Assembly (NCBI GenBank): GCA_050230475.1
Contig: JBFLGF010000206.1
Coordinates: 1-63,008 of the forward strand
Origin: Ancylonema sp.
Lineage: Eukaryota
Reading direction: 5' to 3'
DNA length: 63,008 nucleotides
The position numbers and the translations under genes are program-made. This document shows positions 1-13,200 of the stretch, piece by piece (the first letter of the stretch is position 1; every line of letters starts with the position of its first letter). The notes beneath the pieces are model-generated. The model searched no databases and had not been told where the DNA came from. It was given only the letters and a program-made list of their open reading frames with translations.

Positions 1-384
1 TCGGGGGATGCGGGGGAGGAAACGGGGGAAACGGGGGAATTACGGGGGACACGGGGGAGCCTACGGGGGGGGATGGGTCTTGAATCTGGGCTAGGAACAC
101 GCCAGATTCTGGGTTGCTAACCGGTTTATCCTCCGTGTCCCCCGTTGTCCCCCGATTAGCCCCTCGTTTTCCCGGTTTTCCCCTGTATTCCCATTGTGCA
201 ACCGTTGCGGCTGGGATTTTCCCAGCCGCGGTTGGTCCCCCGTACACGGGGGAGGCGGACGGGGGACGGGGGGTTCCGCCTCCCCCGATTGATTTCAAAC
301 GTGCGAGTTTTTTTCACACGTGCGAGTTTTTTGTGATAATTTCACACGTGCGAATATGCGAAGATTTGTTAACACGATCTACAT

Positions 385-3187
385 GAGGGTTGGATTTTTA
401 AGGCTTTAAACCCCAACCCGACCATCCCTAAAAACTTTAAATTGTCAAAACCTTGATTTTTTCATAATCGACAAAAGAGGTGTGTTCGAGGCCAAATCAC
501 ATTGGTAAACTCATAGGCGACCTACAAACTGAAAATTATCAAGGAGCGTTTCAGACAAGACATCCTGTATTTTGATCTCCGCACCGTTCATTTATGTGCC
601 TAAATTTGTATGCCTATGTGTTCATGTCCGAACCGTTCATTTATGTGAGATGCCTTGGCATCATCATCCAAGTCAGCGTGTATAATGTGATACGAGCTAT
701 ACAATACCGTAATGAGGCCCGTACATGGCGACTCGCGATAAACGTATACATACAAATTTACGAGGAGAGTTACTGGGAGAGTTAAGAGGGAAGTATGAAG
801 GTCATACGAAGGAACAAAACACTCGGAAATTTTGTTGGACATGAAATAAAGACAATGTTTATGAACAACATGACTATTTTTTGGTAGGCAAGATACAGCA
901 ACACTTGTCGTGAAGACATTTTCGTGTTGTATAATTCCAAATTGTGAGCCACAGACATCAAACAAAAAAAAAAAAAAAAAAATGTTATAAAAAAAAAAAA
1001 AAAAAAAAAAAAGCATTCTTACAAATCGAAATAATCGAGAAGTGTACGATTTCATGTCTCAAAAAATAGTACAAGTCTGTCACCAACAACTTTCAATATG
1101 GCATAACAAACGGACAGACAAATCATTATTGTTATTATTCGACCCTAAGCGGCATGAAATAAATGTTGAGTACTAGTTTGCCTTCCACCCATGATTTTTA
1201 TCAATTTGCATCTACGAAATTCCGTAATTTTAGATTATATTATTTTCTCGGTTCCCATACATCGTTACATAGATCCCCAAACCGGAAAATCGAGATTCTA
1301 GAACCGAAGTCCGGTCCGATTGGAGATGCGGACCGGAAAGAACCGCGCGGTTTTTAGGATTTCTTTATTTGGTTGGCATTTTTTCGAGGGTGTTTGGGTT
1401 TTTTTTTTTTTTTTCCCCCCTTCTTCTTTTTCTGGTTCCCTTCTTATCCTCTTCCTCTCGTTTTCCTACTCCTTTCACTTCAACCACCAGTTATACGAGT
1501 TATGCCTAGGTGTTATGATGTTTAGGCGCAAGGATAGGTTGCATTCGCTAATTGGGAGGATTGAAATGTGGAGTGGAAATAGAGTGGGGGTGAAACTTGT
1601 TCGGCGTAGGTGAAGAGCTAACGGCTCCTTCGTGAAAAATAATCGGTCATGGGTTTGTCTTCATTTTGAAGTTGTGAGTGGTGTTATCCTCTCTCTCACA
1701 GGTTTTTCATTGGCGGTATTCAAAAGATGTTGGAATGAAGATTATGATGTTAGGATGGTAGGATGTTGCAATGCCGATAAATGATTATATGATGGAAAAT
1801 GGATAAAGAAGTTGGGGTATACACAGATGAGGCGAAGAGATGAGTATTCAACATAAGTGAATGGGCACAATAAAAGGCATATGAAACCTTTGGTTACTAG
1901 AGTTTAATTGCTAAGTTGTTTGATAACCAGATTAAATTATAGGGTACACACAACGGATAACTACATTGATGTGTTGGAACTTTCAACTTGAAAGATGATC
2001 TTTTAGGGATGTTACGTGATTGGTGTGCAAGACAGTGTGATTCTTTCCGTACAAGGAACTACGTCTCTCAGAAATGTTCAATGACAAGTATTGAGTTGGA
2101 AAAATAATCTTGAATGGTCGGCATCGTGTAGGTATAACACGATGCCTCGTCCACAACATGAATCTACAAAGCGTGCCGACGGTCGTATCTGCGGACCGTC
2201 GGCCTATCATAACTCAACAATAGTCAGATCCTGTCAACGGCACACGCCGGACAATCTGACAAAACAGAACGTCTAGATTCGGAACCATCTAGACCGCACG
2301 TGCTACAAACGGCACAATCGAAACGTCATATTCGGGTGCCCGGACATAAGTCCGGCCCCTCAACATAAGCACACCCTAGGAACCCTACCGGTTACACTAA
2401 CCGGCAGTCCCGGACTAGCACGCTAGCAAACATGGCTATCCGATATAATTCCTACACACCGTTAGAACTTGAGAAAATGGTAATAAGTGAAAAATGATAA
2501 AATAATATCACAAAAAATGATATCACAACACGTTCCTAAATGATATATGTAGCGTTTAATGAGGGGGAGTAAAAAATACCCAATCATTAAATATATAAAA
2601 AAAAAAAAAAACGAGAGAGCACGTCGGTAATTAAATTTCATCCATCAATGGCTCGGCAAAACACTTTTTTTTTTTTTTTTTTTTTTAATTATTTTATGGA
2701 TGCTCTTTTTTCCGAAGTTTTGTTTTCCATAAAAAAAAACCAAAACCTATAAAACTGATTTAACCCTATATCGTCGGTCCGAGGTTTTGGGCCTCAAAAG
2801 ACGGACCCCGATCCGAGACGCGGACCTTCAGACGCGGTTCCTAAGGTTCGGGTAAGTATGCATCGTTATCTTTCGCGAAATAGCTTTCTATAAACAATAT
2901 AAGGACAATTATACGTTTTAGAATAATTTGTCTCTACGTGGAGTGTCGTTATTCCTTTATTAAGGGCGCATTTATATGAATTTATAAAGTTTGAAAACGA
3001 TGTCCTTATAACGAGGTTGTCCATATTAAGAAAGTCTTTGTATCTGGGGAGCACAGTATGTGGTTACGTGCCATTTTAAGCCTTCAAAACAATACCGCAT
3101 TTAAGGATCCGGAAATCCCAGGGGTCAATAACTTTCAATTTAAAACCTAAAAAAAGGATCCTAATGCGGTGTAAATCCCCAACCCTA
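385..3187. mobile_element. Non-autonomous hAT-like DNA transposon containing a nested element
   Basis: Left end GAGGGTTGG (385) and right end CCAACCCTA (to 3187) form an imperfect TAGGGTTGG-type TIR. Exact 8-bp direct repeat ATCTACAT at 377-384 and 3188-3195. No transposase ORF recognised. Confidence 0.75.
1268..2860. mobile_element. Non-autonomous CATAG-terminal DNA transposon (P-like or hAT-like), family A
   Basis: Left end CATAGATCCCCAAACC, right end GGTTCGGGTAAGTATG. Exact 8-bp TSD CATCGTTA at 1260-1267 and 2861-2868. Both ends are homologous to the element at 48970-55346 in the opposite orientation. Confidence 0.85.
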
Positions 3188-4300
3188 ATCTACATAGAGG
3201 TGAATATGAGCGAAAATTGCTACCTACCGCCTACCCCCTATGCCCTACCCCTTACCCCCTTGACCGTTTGTAGACCAACCTTACTTTAGGTAGGGGCCAA
3301 CCATCGTTGGGTCATTGGCGCTCGCGAATCTTCCGACCGGCTTGTGCCCCATTAAGGGGAAACTAAAAAAACACCTATGCTCGGGATGTCATAAGTTCAT
3401 ACAACCCGGAGGATTCTTATTCAAAGACTTCCGAGGTAGTTTTCAGTGTGTTCTAGCCTCTTGTATATACATATTCAATTTATATAGGAATATATTAATA
3501 TTGATACATTATGATGAAGAATCAGTAATAAGTCATAACATTTGCTATTCGTACAAGTACGCACAACTTTTCTTTTATTACGTGCATATGCTTCCATGTT
3601 TTACAAATGACACATATATTTTCCAAAGATGAAGGCCCGATGTCACCCGCTTTGTAGAGCCATCTTGACGGTTTGCAAGCTCTTCATTTCCTCATGTGCA
3701 CATACACACAACTCGCCTAGCGCGCCTCTTTTAGTGCCGTGTAGTGAGGTTTTGCTCTAAAAATCTTGCGGCTTGCGTTTACGATGAGCGCACTGTTTCC
3801 GGCCACATACACACACGACACATCTCAGTGAAGATACCGAATATAGCACGTATATACATGCTAGATACACCATACACTTGTACTCATGTAGTAGGTCATG
3901 GAACACTTAGTCGGATTTGGACGTCCACCTTTCGAATTTCATAAAATACTCGCGTCCCGAGCGTGGACTCAGTGCGCTCGGGCTCGAGCGCGCTTCCTAC
4001 GCGCTCGCGAATCTTCCGAGCGGCTCGTGCCTCACTATGGGGCCAACACTTTATTAATTAATTAATTCTTAATTAATTCTGTCAAGACCAGAAAAAATAT
4101 TTTATGGGACAAGCTATTAATTAACACGTCAGATTTTGATTGATAATCCGAATTCGGGAGAAACATTTCCTATAACGTAAGACAATTGATAAATAAGCTT
4201 AGTATAAATTAAGATAGGTTTTTGTGTACGGTGTATAAGTGACATCCCTGGCATTCGATACAGTGACACAAACCCCACTCGGGGTCCATCCAATTGTACC

Positions 4301-5450
4301 TAGGGTTGGCGACACCGTCCTACCGCCCTCCTCCCTACTATCCTACCGTGGTAGCTACCGATGCCCGAATATGCAATAGGGGTGAGCCCAACCGTGGTTG
4401 GCTCGGTAGGGGTAGGACGGTAGGGAGAAATCGGTGGGGAGTGGTAGGGTTCGGTAGAGATCGGTAGGGATCGGTAGGGATCAATAGGGAATCGAGCAAT
4501 GTCCGATCTTTCTTCGATTTTCCTTTAAACCTAATACGGTAAGACGGTGACCGTATATACATATTGTGTACGGATACGTACGAATCCGTACATCATTAAT
4601 CAACACGTCGGTGGGATCCGGGAAAAATGATACATTATCACATTCTAAAGGTTTGCCAATAAATACAACTCGCCGAAGGAACCCGTAAAAATATATGAGT
4701 TAAGACTGGTTAAGAATTGAGATCGTAATAATTTCGACATATTTTATTATATTGTTGTAATTTATTAGCTCAACTGATATGAAAAATTTCGCGTCTCTTC
4801 TACGGGTTACTATACCATACCAGCCAGAGATAACGCGAAAATAATTACCATTTTACTTGGCGCATACGTTTTTGCCGCGAACTAAAATTATTATTCTGAC
4901 CACGCTGGCGCATGCTTTTAACGTACATAATTAACTAATATCGACGAAAATCTGGCGCTTCAATATATCTTTTTCCAAAACATTTGTCGCATTTGAAAAA
5001 AACTCATTCAAAAATTGTATAGCGCACACTTTTGGTGCATACCAATTTATTGAAATTTGGATAGCAATTTTCTAGAGCCTACTTGTGATAATTAAGTTTC
5101 CGATTTGTTGGCGCTTTGTCTATGGTTGGCACGGTATTATTTTTTTCATTTACAAAAGGAGATACACGCATAACACGAAGCTAATGACAAGGACGACTTG
5201 TCTACTTTGTGTGATAGATCGATCCAAGTGTTTTTTTCCCTTTTGGATTACAACTTTTGCTTTTGATTTCACTCGATTTAAAGAAAAACAACCATTTCCT
5301 ACCGCGCCCTACCGTCTCCCTACTGATTTCCCTACTGCCTACTACTGCCCAACTCCCTACGGATGCTCAACAGGGCTAGGTACCAAAATCGGTAGGAAAT
5401 CGGTAGGGGAGAGAAATTGGGTAGAAACCCCCTACCGCGGGCCGAACATG
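4301..5450. mobile_element. Degenerate TIR-type element with inverted GGTAGGG/CCCTACC subterminal repeats
   Basis: TAGGGTTGG at 4301. Clusters of CGGTAGGG (~4405-4480) and CCCTACCG (~5296-5360) are in inverted orientation. No matching terminus or TSD found, so boundaries are approximate. Confidence 0.45.
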
Positions 5451-5766
5451 CGGTGTTTCAATTAGGGTGGCAATCTACCCGTAATACGGAATACCCTTCA
5501 CCCGTAACCCTGATGTAGGAACCTGGAAGTAACCCGGGATCCTAAATCCAGGTTAAAATCCCGGGAAAAACCCGGAAACCCCTCGTACGCAGAAATCTCC
5601 GGAATACCCCAGGGTAGGTTTGAACATTCCGGCGTATTCACGTTATTCAGGGTATTTCAGGGTACATAGGGCAAAGACTTAACTCATAGTAAGATTCCCC
5701 AAGTTTTTTCATTTATTTCTCCCATCTCTGATTTCTTTGTTTTAAATAAAAAAAACTTCAAATAAC

Positions 5767-6624
5767 CTGGGTTGCACAATACGCTGAGTTATCATACGCT
5801 AAATAATCGTATTGTGCTCCCTGCGTATTAATACGCTAAAATACGCTTAAAAATACGCTACACTTTGAACTTGTATTAATTTTCGATATGAAATTGCAGG
5901 TATGGCTGATTTTTCGGAGGCAAACAACATAGCGAGGTCCACGTCGTTTGAGAGTGAAATAGCGAATGTGAAATTTATTCGATAATACATCGAACGCCAA
6001 AAATCATCTTCATTCTCGATAGTAAACCTCATCCGACCGTTTACGTTCAAGTTAGGAGTAGGAGCAGTAAAACTATGAGTAGAAGTAAAAGCAGGACTTA
6101 TTAAATTGTTATTGTGAGTCATTGTTTCTGGGATTCAAGTATTGCATTCGTTATTAGATTCTAGCATTCCACTTTTTTAATTACCATACTCAAGTAAATC
6201 CGGAATCCCTAGTTGATCCATTTTTGGGACTGGTAAAAATGAAAAAGGAGTAAAGATTGAAAAAAACGTGTGCAAATTCAATCAAATTTAGAGAAGAGAG
6301 ACGATGAAATGAATGGGTCTATTAATGAATGCCCCATTCTCGGAAGAACAAAATGAATAAAAAAGTTGCACATATTTTGGTGAGACATGCGCCTATCATG
6401 TATTTCAAGGATGTATGTCTCCGTATTTGATGACCAATTTGATTTAGATTAGGCACCCGATGGTGCCATCCTACTACCGGATATGTGTGGGATCTAAAAT
6501 CGTGAAAAAACGCATATTTATTGACCATACGCGTATTTTAAAATCGCGAAAATTTTCAATACGCGAAATACGGCGTATCGTGACCTCAGCGTATTGATAG
6601 CGTATTGCGTATTGTGCAACCCAG
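5767..6624. mobile_element. MITE with 18-bp TIR and 8-bp TSD
   Basis: Perfect TIR CTGGGTTGCACAATACGC at 5767 and 6607-6624. Exact TSD CAAATAAC at 5759-5766 and 6625-6632. Subterminal AATACGC/GCGTATT repeats. Confidence 0.9.
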
Positions 6625-7408
6625 CAAATAACTTAGCACGAAACAAATAAGCCGTAGATAACTGTCTTATGTAACTTTCCAGAGAGTAATTCAATGGTCG
6701 TTCCTACCGCGGTGAGATTACGTTGTGAAGATATTTATGGCTTTCAGGTTTTGCAATATGCTAGTACCAACAAGTGGACCAATCAAGTTGTTTGTGCACA
6801 TTTATCAATCTCCTTTCCAATCTTTATTGGACCTTAATTGAAAAGTAATTTGCATGCTATGCAATTTCACACTTTTAGGTGTCTAAAAAGGGATTGACTC
6901 GATGATACGGCAAATAGGCGCATCTTAACAAACACAATCACAAGTTGCATATCGCGTATCACACAAGTATTACACAAGCGTCACCCAAACATCATGTAAG
7001 TGTCGGAAAAATCATAAGTAAAACATTATTCAAAGGCATCATAAGTATCAATCACTTACATATAACTAAAGAATAAGAAGAGAGAGTCACTAGAATGACA
7101 TGCTCCATGATGTCGCTATAACATCGCTTACATTGATACCGCCAATATTCGTGTGTACAACGTGTACCCCAAACAAACATGCGCATCGTAACAAACATGA
7201 TTACGAGTAGCATGTCAATCAAGTATCATACAAGCTTCGCCCAAGCATGATCGCATCGTAGAGTAAATACAAACATAAGTGTATTCATAGGCATCGTAGG
7301 TAACGTTTTCTTTCATCTCGCTACAGAATCAAGATGAGCGAGTCACTAGAAATTACTAAATCAATGTTTAGTATAGTGTAGAATGTAAAGTGTATAGTGT
7401 TTGTTTAC

Positions 7409-8036
7409 CATAGTAGCATGCAAACGGCAAAAATCGGCCCATATGGCGTTTGCCATACGCGGACGTCCGGCATACGCTTATACGGCCAAAATTATATTAA
7501 ATCTGTTGGCACCCCTCCAATTTGCTGAATCCGGGCCCGACGAGGAATAATTGGCCGGGTTTCTCGGATAGAGGTTGGGGGATGGGGGTACGTCATTGAC
7601 AAGACTTGACGACCTTGAGTAACTACCGATGCGGAAACTTATTACGAGGTTTCGCATCTGGATAAGAATGCCACCAAGCTTATCAAAACGAGAAGTTAAT
7701 GATAACTCTACCAGTCGGAAGGCATAGAAGGCATATTCGACATGCTCGGTTCTCAAACCATCCTCAACACGTGCAAACTATGGCGGCGGAAGCAAAATTG
7801 TACAAAAACTAATTTTCAGATAGATGCGACATAGGCCACTGTCACTAATCAAATCTGAAGAGACTTTCATGACTCCGTTGTGTACGGCCGTTTGGCAAAC
7901 GGCCGTACATTGTACGGACATTTGGAAAGGTGCGTTTGGACAAGCGTTTGGTGTTGCGTCCGTGCGGCTAAAAGTGCCGTTTTGACGTTTGGACGTTTGC
8001 GTTTGCAAAACGCGTACGCGTTTTGATGCTACTATG
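7409..8036. mobile_element. MITE with CATAGTAGCAT TIR and 8-bp TSD
   Basis: TIR CATAGTAGCAT / ATGCTACTATG. Flanks TTGTTTAC (7401-7408) and ATGTTTAC (8037-8044) match at 7/8. Subterminal AAACG/CGTTT and TACGGCC repeats. Confidence 0.8.
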
Positions 8037-8640
8037 ATGTTTACTACATTGATAACGTCAATATTCGTGTGTACAACGTCTAGGCCACACAATTGGGTCT
8101 CTCCTAAAGAGACAATCTTAGCATTGAGATACAAGTATTACATTGAGATACAGTGCAAAATAAAATAAAATGAGTATCTTTCTGGCTTTTGATAGGAAAC
8201 CTTAGGATTATTAGGGAATTTCAGGGTATTTAAGGATGTTGTCGGATGTTGTCGGATATTTCATGGTTTTCATGAGTATTTCCGGGTACATCAGGGTAAT
8301 TTCTGGTTACTTCCGGGTTATTTCCGGTTTACTTTCTAGCCCCGCAAAAAAAATATGGGTGACCGCAAAACCCGAGTCAAGAGCGCATTTTGCGCTCATG
8401 GATTGCATTCTGCGCTCATATGGTCGTAGCGTCATCTCCCTAAATAATTTTTTGAAGTACCATAACTTTCAGGGAAGCCTGTAGTTGTTACTACCTTCTT
8501 TCCGTTCGCCATTTTTTTGTGAATTTGAATGTGGTAGAGCCTTCCTGAGCAGCTCGAGCATCTATCTACAGAAATGCAGGTCCGTGAAGGCCAAGCCGTG
8601 GGAGGTTAAGAAATGTTGCAGACTAGACCAACCGCAGTTC

Positions 8641-9653
8641 ATGAAGCAGGCAGAGGGACCGCTGCATATTCGCAGTCACAAGGGTGCCAGACGGATTGGA
8701 GACCGTCCCCTAGAGTCGAAACAGATCACGACGCCTCACAATCCTGGTAGGGATTAGGTGAGGTTGTTCAGTGACTGTAATCCTGATTCCAGAGCTGTTG
8801 GTCTGACCTAAAGCGATAAAATTTCAGAGACCTTCATCCGTGCAAATCAGAACCGCATCAGTTTGAAGAATTTTCGTGCATGTCCAGGCTCTTATGGTTG
8901 TTGTGGATATGGTGCTGTTGGAACAGTATGTTGTCGTAGCACGTTGTCGCTGTCTCTGCACGTTGTCGCTGTCTCTGAGAAGACATGACTGAACACAGGT
9001 CTTATCCGATCGGATCAACAAGTCAGTTCTTTTGTTGCACATGCTTGACCCATGTTTGTGCGAGTCACGGAATGTTGTTGTACTTCACATAAAATATATA
9101 CTTCGGTTGTAGCACCTAGGTTGAGCTCGTACAACTGACTCAAACCTGTCTTTGCCAAAACGAGTGCATGATTCGAAGTTCGCGAGAAGACGATCCCATA
9201 TTCAACCTCCCCTCTTGTTTTGTTTTGTTTGTTTTTTCCCATTTTCCTCTTCCCTCCTTGCAGCTCTCTCTTCAGTCATGCTTTGGCTTTGGAGACGAGC
9301 ATTTCCTCGAGGTGCGAGAATGTCAACCCTTTTTGGAACCGTGCTCCTATTCTTTGTCTTGTATTCCGGTTCTTCCCGTCTAGTGCAGCATGTGCAATTA
9401 GCTTTGTTTTATACAACCCTAATTATTCACCAAAGAGAAAGTATTCATCCAATTTTTGCAGTTGTCACAATATATTCAATCTACGACAATGAGGGTGCAC
9501 TTTCATTACGCACGCAGTTACTGCAAAATTGAATTGAGCTTCCCTCGAAATCCCTTGTTGCTGAATTGACATATAATCGGTGAAAGCATTCATGTGTATG
9601 TATGTATATATGCATAGATGTATATGTATATGTATATGTATATGTACATCATT

Positions 9654-9686
<33 letters not shown>

Positions 9687-9874
9687 CATTTATGTATATG
9701 TATACCATTTATGTCTATGAGCAGGTGATAGCTGCAGCGGAGTTGCATGCGGAGAGACTGAGTCTGGGAAGTAACTTCCATTTGAATTTGCGAGGCACTC
9801 CTTCAACCACTTCTGGAATGCGAAGGCGGCTGCGGAGGGGGCCGATTTCTGAAAGATTGACAATTTTAGTGTGA
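8641..9874 (+). CDS. Putative small uncharacterised spliced gene
   Basis: Phase-consistent GT-AG exon chain 8641-8746, 8828-8925, 9264-9311, 9725-9874 gives ~130 aa. No recognisable homology. Confidence 0.3.
9594..9703. repeat. (TATGTA)n microsatellite
   Basis: Direct reading of the sequence. Confidence 0.9.
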
Positions 9875-10235
9875 GGAGGTTTTTGAGGAAGGAGGTGCAG
9901 TTTTTGCACAAACCACTCTATGTGTTGCCTTGTGTTGCCTTCTTTTGATTCTTGTACTATGTATGATATGCGTAGTGTTGGCCAACATTGGACCAAGTGT
10001 ATATAGCTCTCTGCTATCAAAATTTCTCAACGTAGGACTAAGTTATGACACTGCACATGTTCTTTGCCTCAATTGATTGACACTCTTAAAAGAAGTTGCT
10101 CAACTTCAAAGAAGGTGGGGGTAAAAATAATGTAGATTTCCTCTAATTACAACTTGGTTTGTCATGCCGACTTATAAAATACGTTGTCATAACTCGGCAA
10201 GATGACTCCCTTTTTTTAATATTTACACAACCTCA

Positions 10236-13200
10236 TCAACTCCTTGGAGCAACACAATGAGTCTCGTAAGGCAACGTTGAGCATTTAAAGGACGCCACCA
10301 TTTCAAAACTCCGAGAACCAACCGGAGCAACCTCTAGGAAAAAATTGATGTAGAATCTCAAGCCATCAACACTGTCGTCTCGACACAACACACCTGTACA
10401 ATCAACAAAGGATAAGGGCTTGGGTAAGACAAACCATGGTCCCTTCGGCACTTGACCCCTTCTGATAGGAACTCGCCACCCAACTCTTAACCATCAAGCA
10501 CCTCGTACGCGCATTCAAACTCTGATTGATCGCTGGTGGTAAAAAATTGCCATTGGTCAACTAATTTAGTCAATGATGTGATGCTTGGCGTACGTCTACC
10601 TTCGCTAGTTCAAATAGACATACAAGCAACCCCTTCACTTTGACACCCAAACAACGATAGAGTTGGTAATGCATAAAAAATGAAGTCACTCCTTCATGTT
10701 CGTGCATGTCATTCCTCCCCGGGTATTTTTTTTGCCCCACCTTTACTCTCTGCAGCCAACAGCTCTTCCTTTGCTAGCGCGGGTGCTACTCCCAACATCC
10801 TTGCAGCGTCTCTTGCACTCACTCCCCCCATTGTGGCTTCTGGCGTGGAAACGAGGGCTCTCAGCTGGGCGACGATCTGTGGAACTCCGAAGGGGACACA
10901 ACAATACCAGAAGTAGGGAATAAGGGCACATGCATTAGGGGTCATGGGTCGTGATTGTTGCTAGCTCTCTCTCTCTCACACCGACGTAAGAGGAGAGAAG
11001 AGAAGAGAAGAGAAGGGAAGAGAAGAGAAGGTAAAAATAGTTTGTGGTAGCGCCCATGCAGCCATGCCGTGGTCTAACGAGAGCATGGTCGAATCCGATG
11101 GTTCATTTTGATTCCCATCCCGTTTATGATTTTTTATTTTTTTTTAAAATTTTTTTTGGGTTGGTGTGTGGCTTGTTTCTTGTCGAATCGAAAAGTGTCT
11201 TCCATCCCTCATCTTCCTTCCCTCGACGGAAGTTTCAGATTTTCGGTCAGGCGTTAGCACGAACCGAAAAGTGGCATCACCTCCCCCCCGCCCCCACCCT
11301 CCCACTGCGATGACCTCCTCCTCACCTCCTCTTCGCTGTGCCTCACACTCTGTGCCACCAACACACCACTCTCGAATTTCCGCAGACGGAAAGGCCTGCA
11401 GACACAGAAGCAAGGTATTGTAGGGCATGAGAGGAAATGCTTTTTGAAGAGCTTGGCTCAAGGAATGTAGTGGATCTACGAAACAGCCATGAAACATTAT
11501 GAAATATTGTCTGCAACATATTTGGAATGTTGGCTATAATAGAGCTGGTGACTTTTAAAAAGGGTCCTGGAAGAATGTTCTTCATGTCGTGGAACCAGGA
11601 GAAGGTGCAAGCTTGCTGCGTCTATCTGACATAGTGTGAGTGCGAAACAGCTTCGTCAATTTTTTTTGTTTACAAACAGGCCCGTTTCCAAACAAATGTC
11701 AAGAGATTGCAGCCAGTCCCTGGATTTTTTTTGGCAGCCAGTCCCGAAAAAAAATTCGGCAGTTTTAGGGTACTCACGCCTGGATGGACTCTGCTAAAGT
11801 GCAGGCCTGAAGAAGGTCCTCGGGAGAAATAAGCTCTGCAGGAAAGACGGAAATTATATCCGTGAGCAATAATTAAGCCAAATAATCAAATAATTATATA
11901 ATTAATTATAATCCGTCAGCAAACAAAACGAATGAAGTCGAGGGAAACGGTGACCAATAAGTGATGGCTGCGTACCTGCTTAGGAATTGTGATATTAAAC
12001 AGAAAGCTGGTTAGGCATCCCAGTTCATGACCCCATTTGACGCGACTATACATTACATTGGAAGAGAAACAGCAAACTTCCCAAACACTCGCTGCGATTA
12101 TATCGATTCTGCCGTGACATGATTTGCAATACCACACTGAACTGGCACACTGACTGACTGACTGACTGACTGTGTCAATTACTCATTCCTACCGCTTCCT
12201 CGAGCGCGGTTGAACAGGCAGTACACGTCTACGAGAGCCATCATGCCCCCCGCCTTCTGTAAGGGTTGAAGCAAGAAGTCTGCAAGCTGCACACGATATG
12301 AAACAGGAGGCAATGAGGACGACTTGAACCTCAACCACTCAGGAGACAGCAATAACGATTGCAAACAAGAACAAGAGCTCATGACATAATTGTTCGAATT
12401 GTTTCGTTTTGGAGGAGGTTGGAAAGAGTCATCATGCAACTTCTAATCTGTACTCTTTCTGTTGCCAAACGTGTACAAAAGCAGCTGTCACGGCAACTGC
12501 TGGTTGCATAACGTGTCTAAGGAGCAGTGTCCGATTTACCTAGTGGCTCGGATCTACCAACGCTTATCATGGCAAGTTGCAAAATTGAGTTACAATCGAG
12601 TACTGTTGGTAATGCTGCCTGAAGTTGATCCATTCGAGTTTGGATTCTTGCCTGACGGGCCAGCTGCTGATGATAGAAGGCTCCAGCCGTGTCCCTTGTG
12701 ACAGGAGATGCAATGCCAACAGAAAGAAGAAAGTCCTGCATCTCCTGCTTCTCCTCAGCTCCTTCCGCTCCCTTGGATGAATCTGCATGCAGATTGTTTC
12801 GTATCCGCCCGGCCAACTCGACCATTTCTTTGGCTTTCAACTGCACCATGCACAATGCGTCGTGCGGTTGTGGTTACTCTTGCGGTTACGGTTACGGTTA
12901 CAGTGAGGTTAACAATGAAAGAGCAGCCCAAGCAGACTTTCAATTACATCTGCGGCACATTGTATGTGTCTCGTCGATTCGGGAACAGTTCACTCTCCCT
13001 AAGCTCTGCACCATCTTCCGCATAACCAAGTGGTCCTGTCACCATGAAGGAAAACGAGTCACTTACCATCAACGCCCTCAGGTCGCTGAATGCCTCCTGA
13101 AGGGTCTCGCTAGTGGCTCTCTGCTGCTCTTTTTCTCTCCTCAAAAGCCCGTCAATTCCTGCGAATGAAGGGTTGAATGCCCGAGGACCGGATTGCAGAG

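Noticed and set aside
385..8345. Fanzor/TnpB or transposase cargo in the TIR elements
   Set aside because: No ORF of adequate length and no RuvC or DDE motifs were seen.
9725..9851. Possible TAA/TAG-to-Gln code, as in some ulvophyte algae
   Set aside because: Long conserved exons contain many CAA/CAG and no in-frame TAA/TAG. APC8 ends in TAA and Rab6 in TAG at the expected positions.
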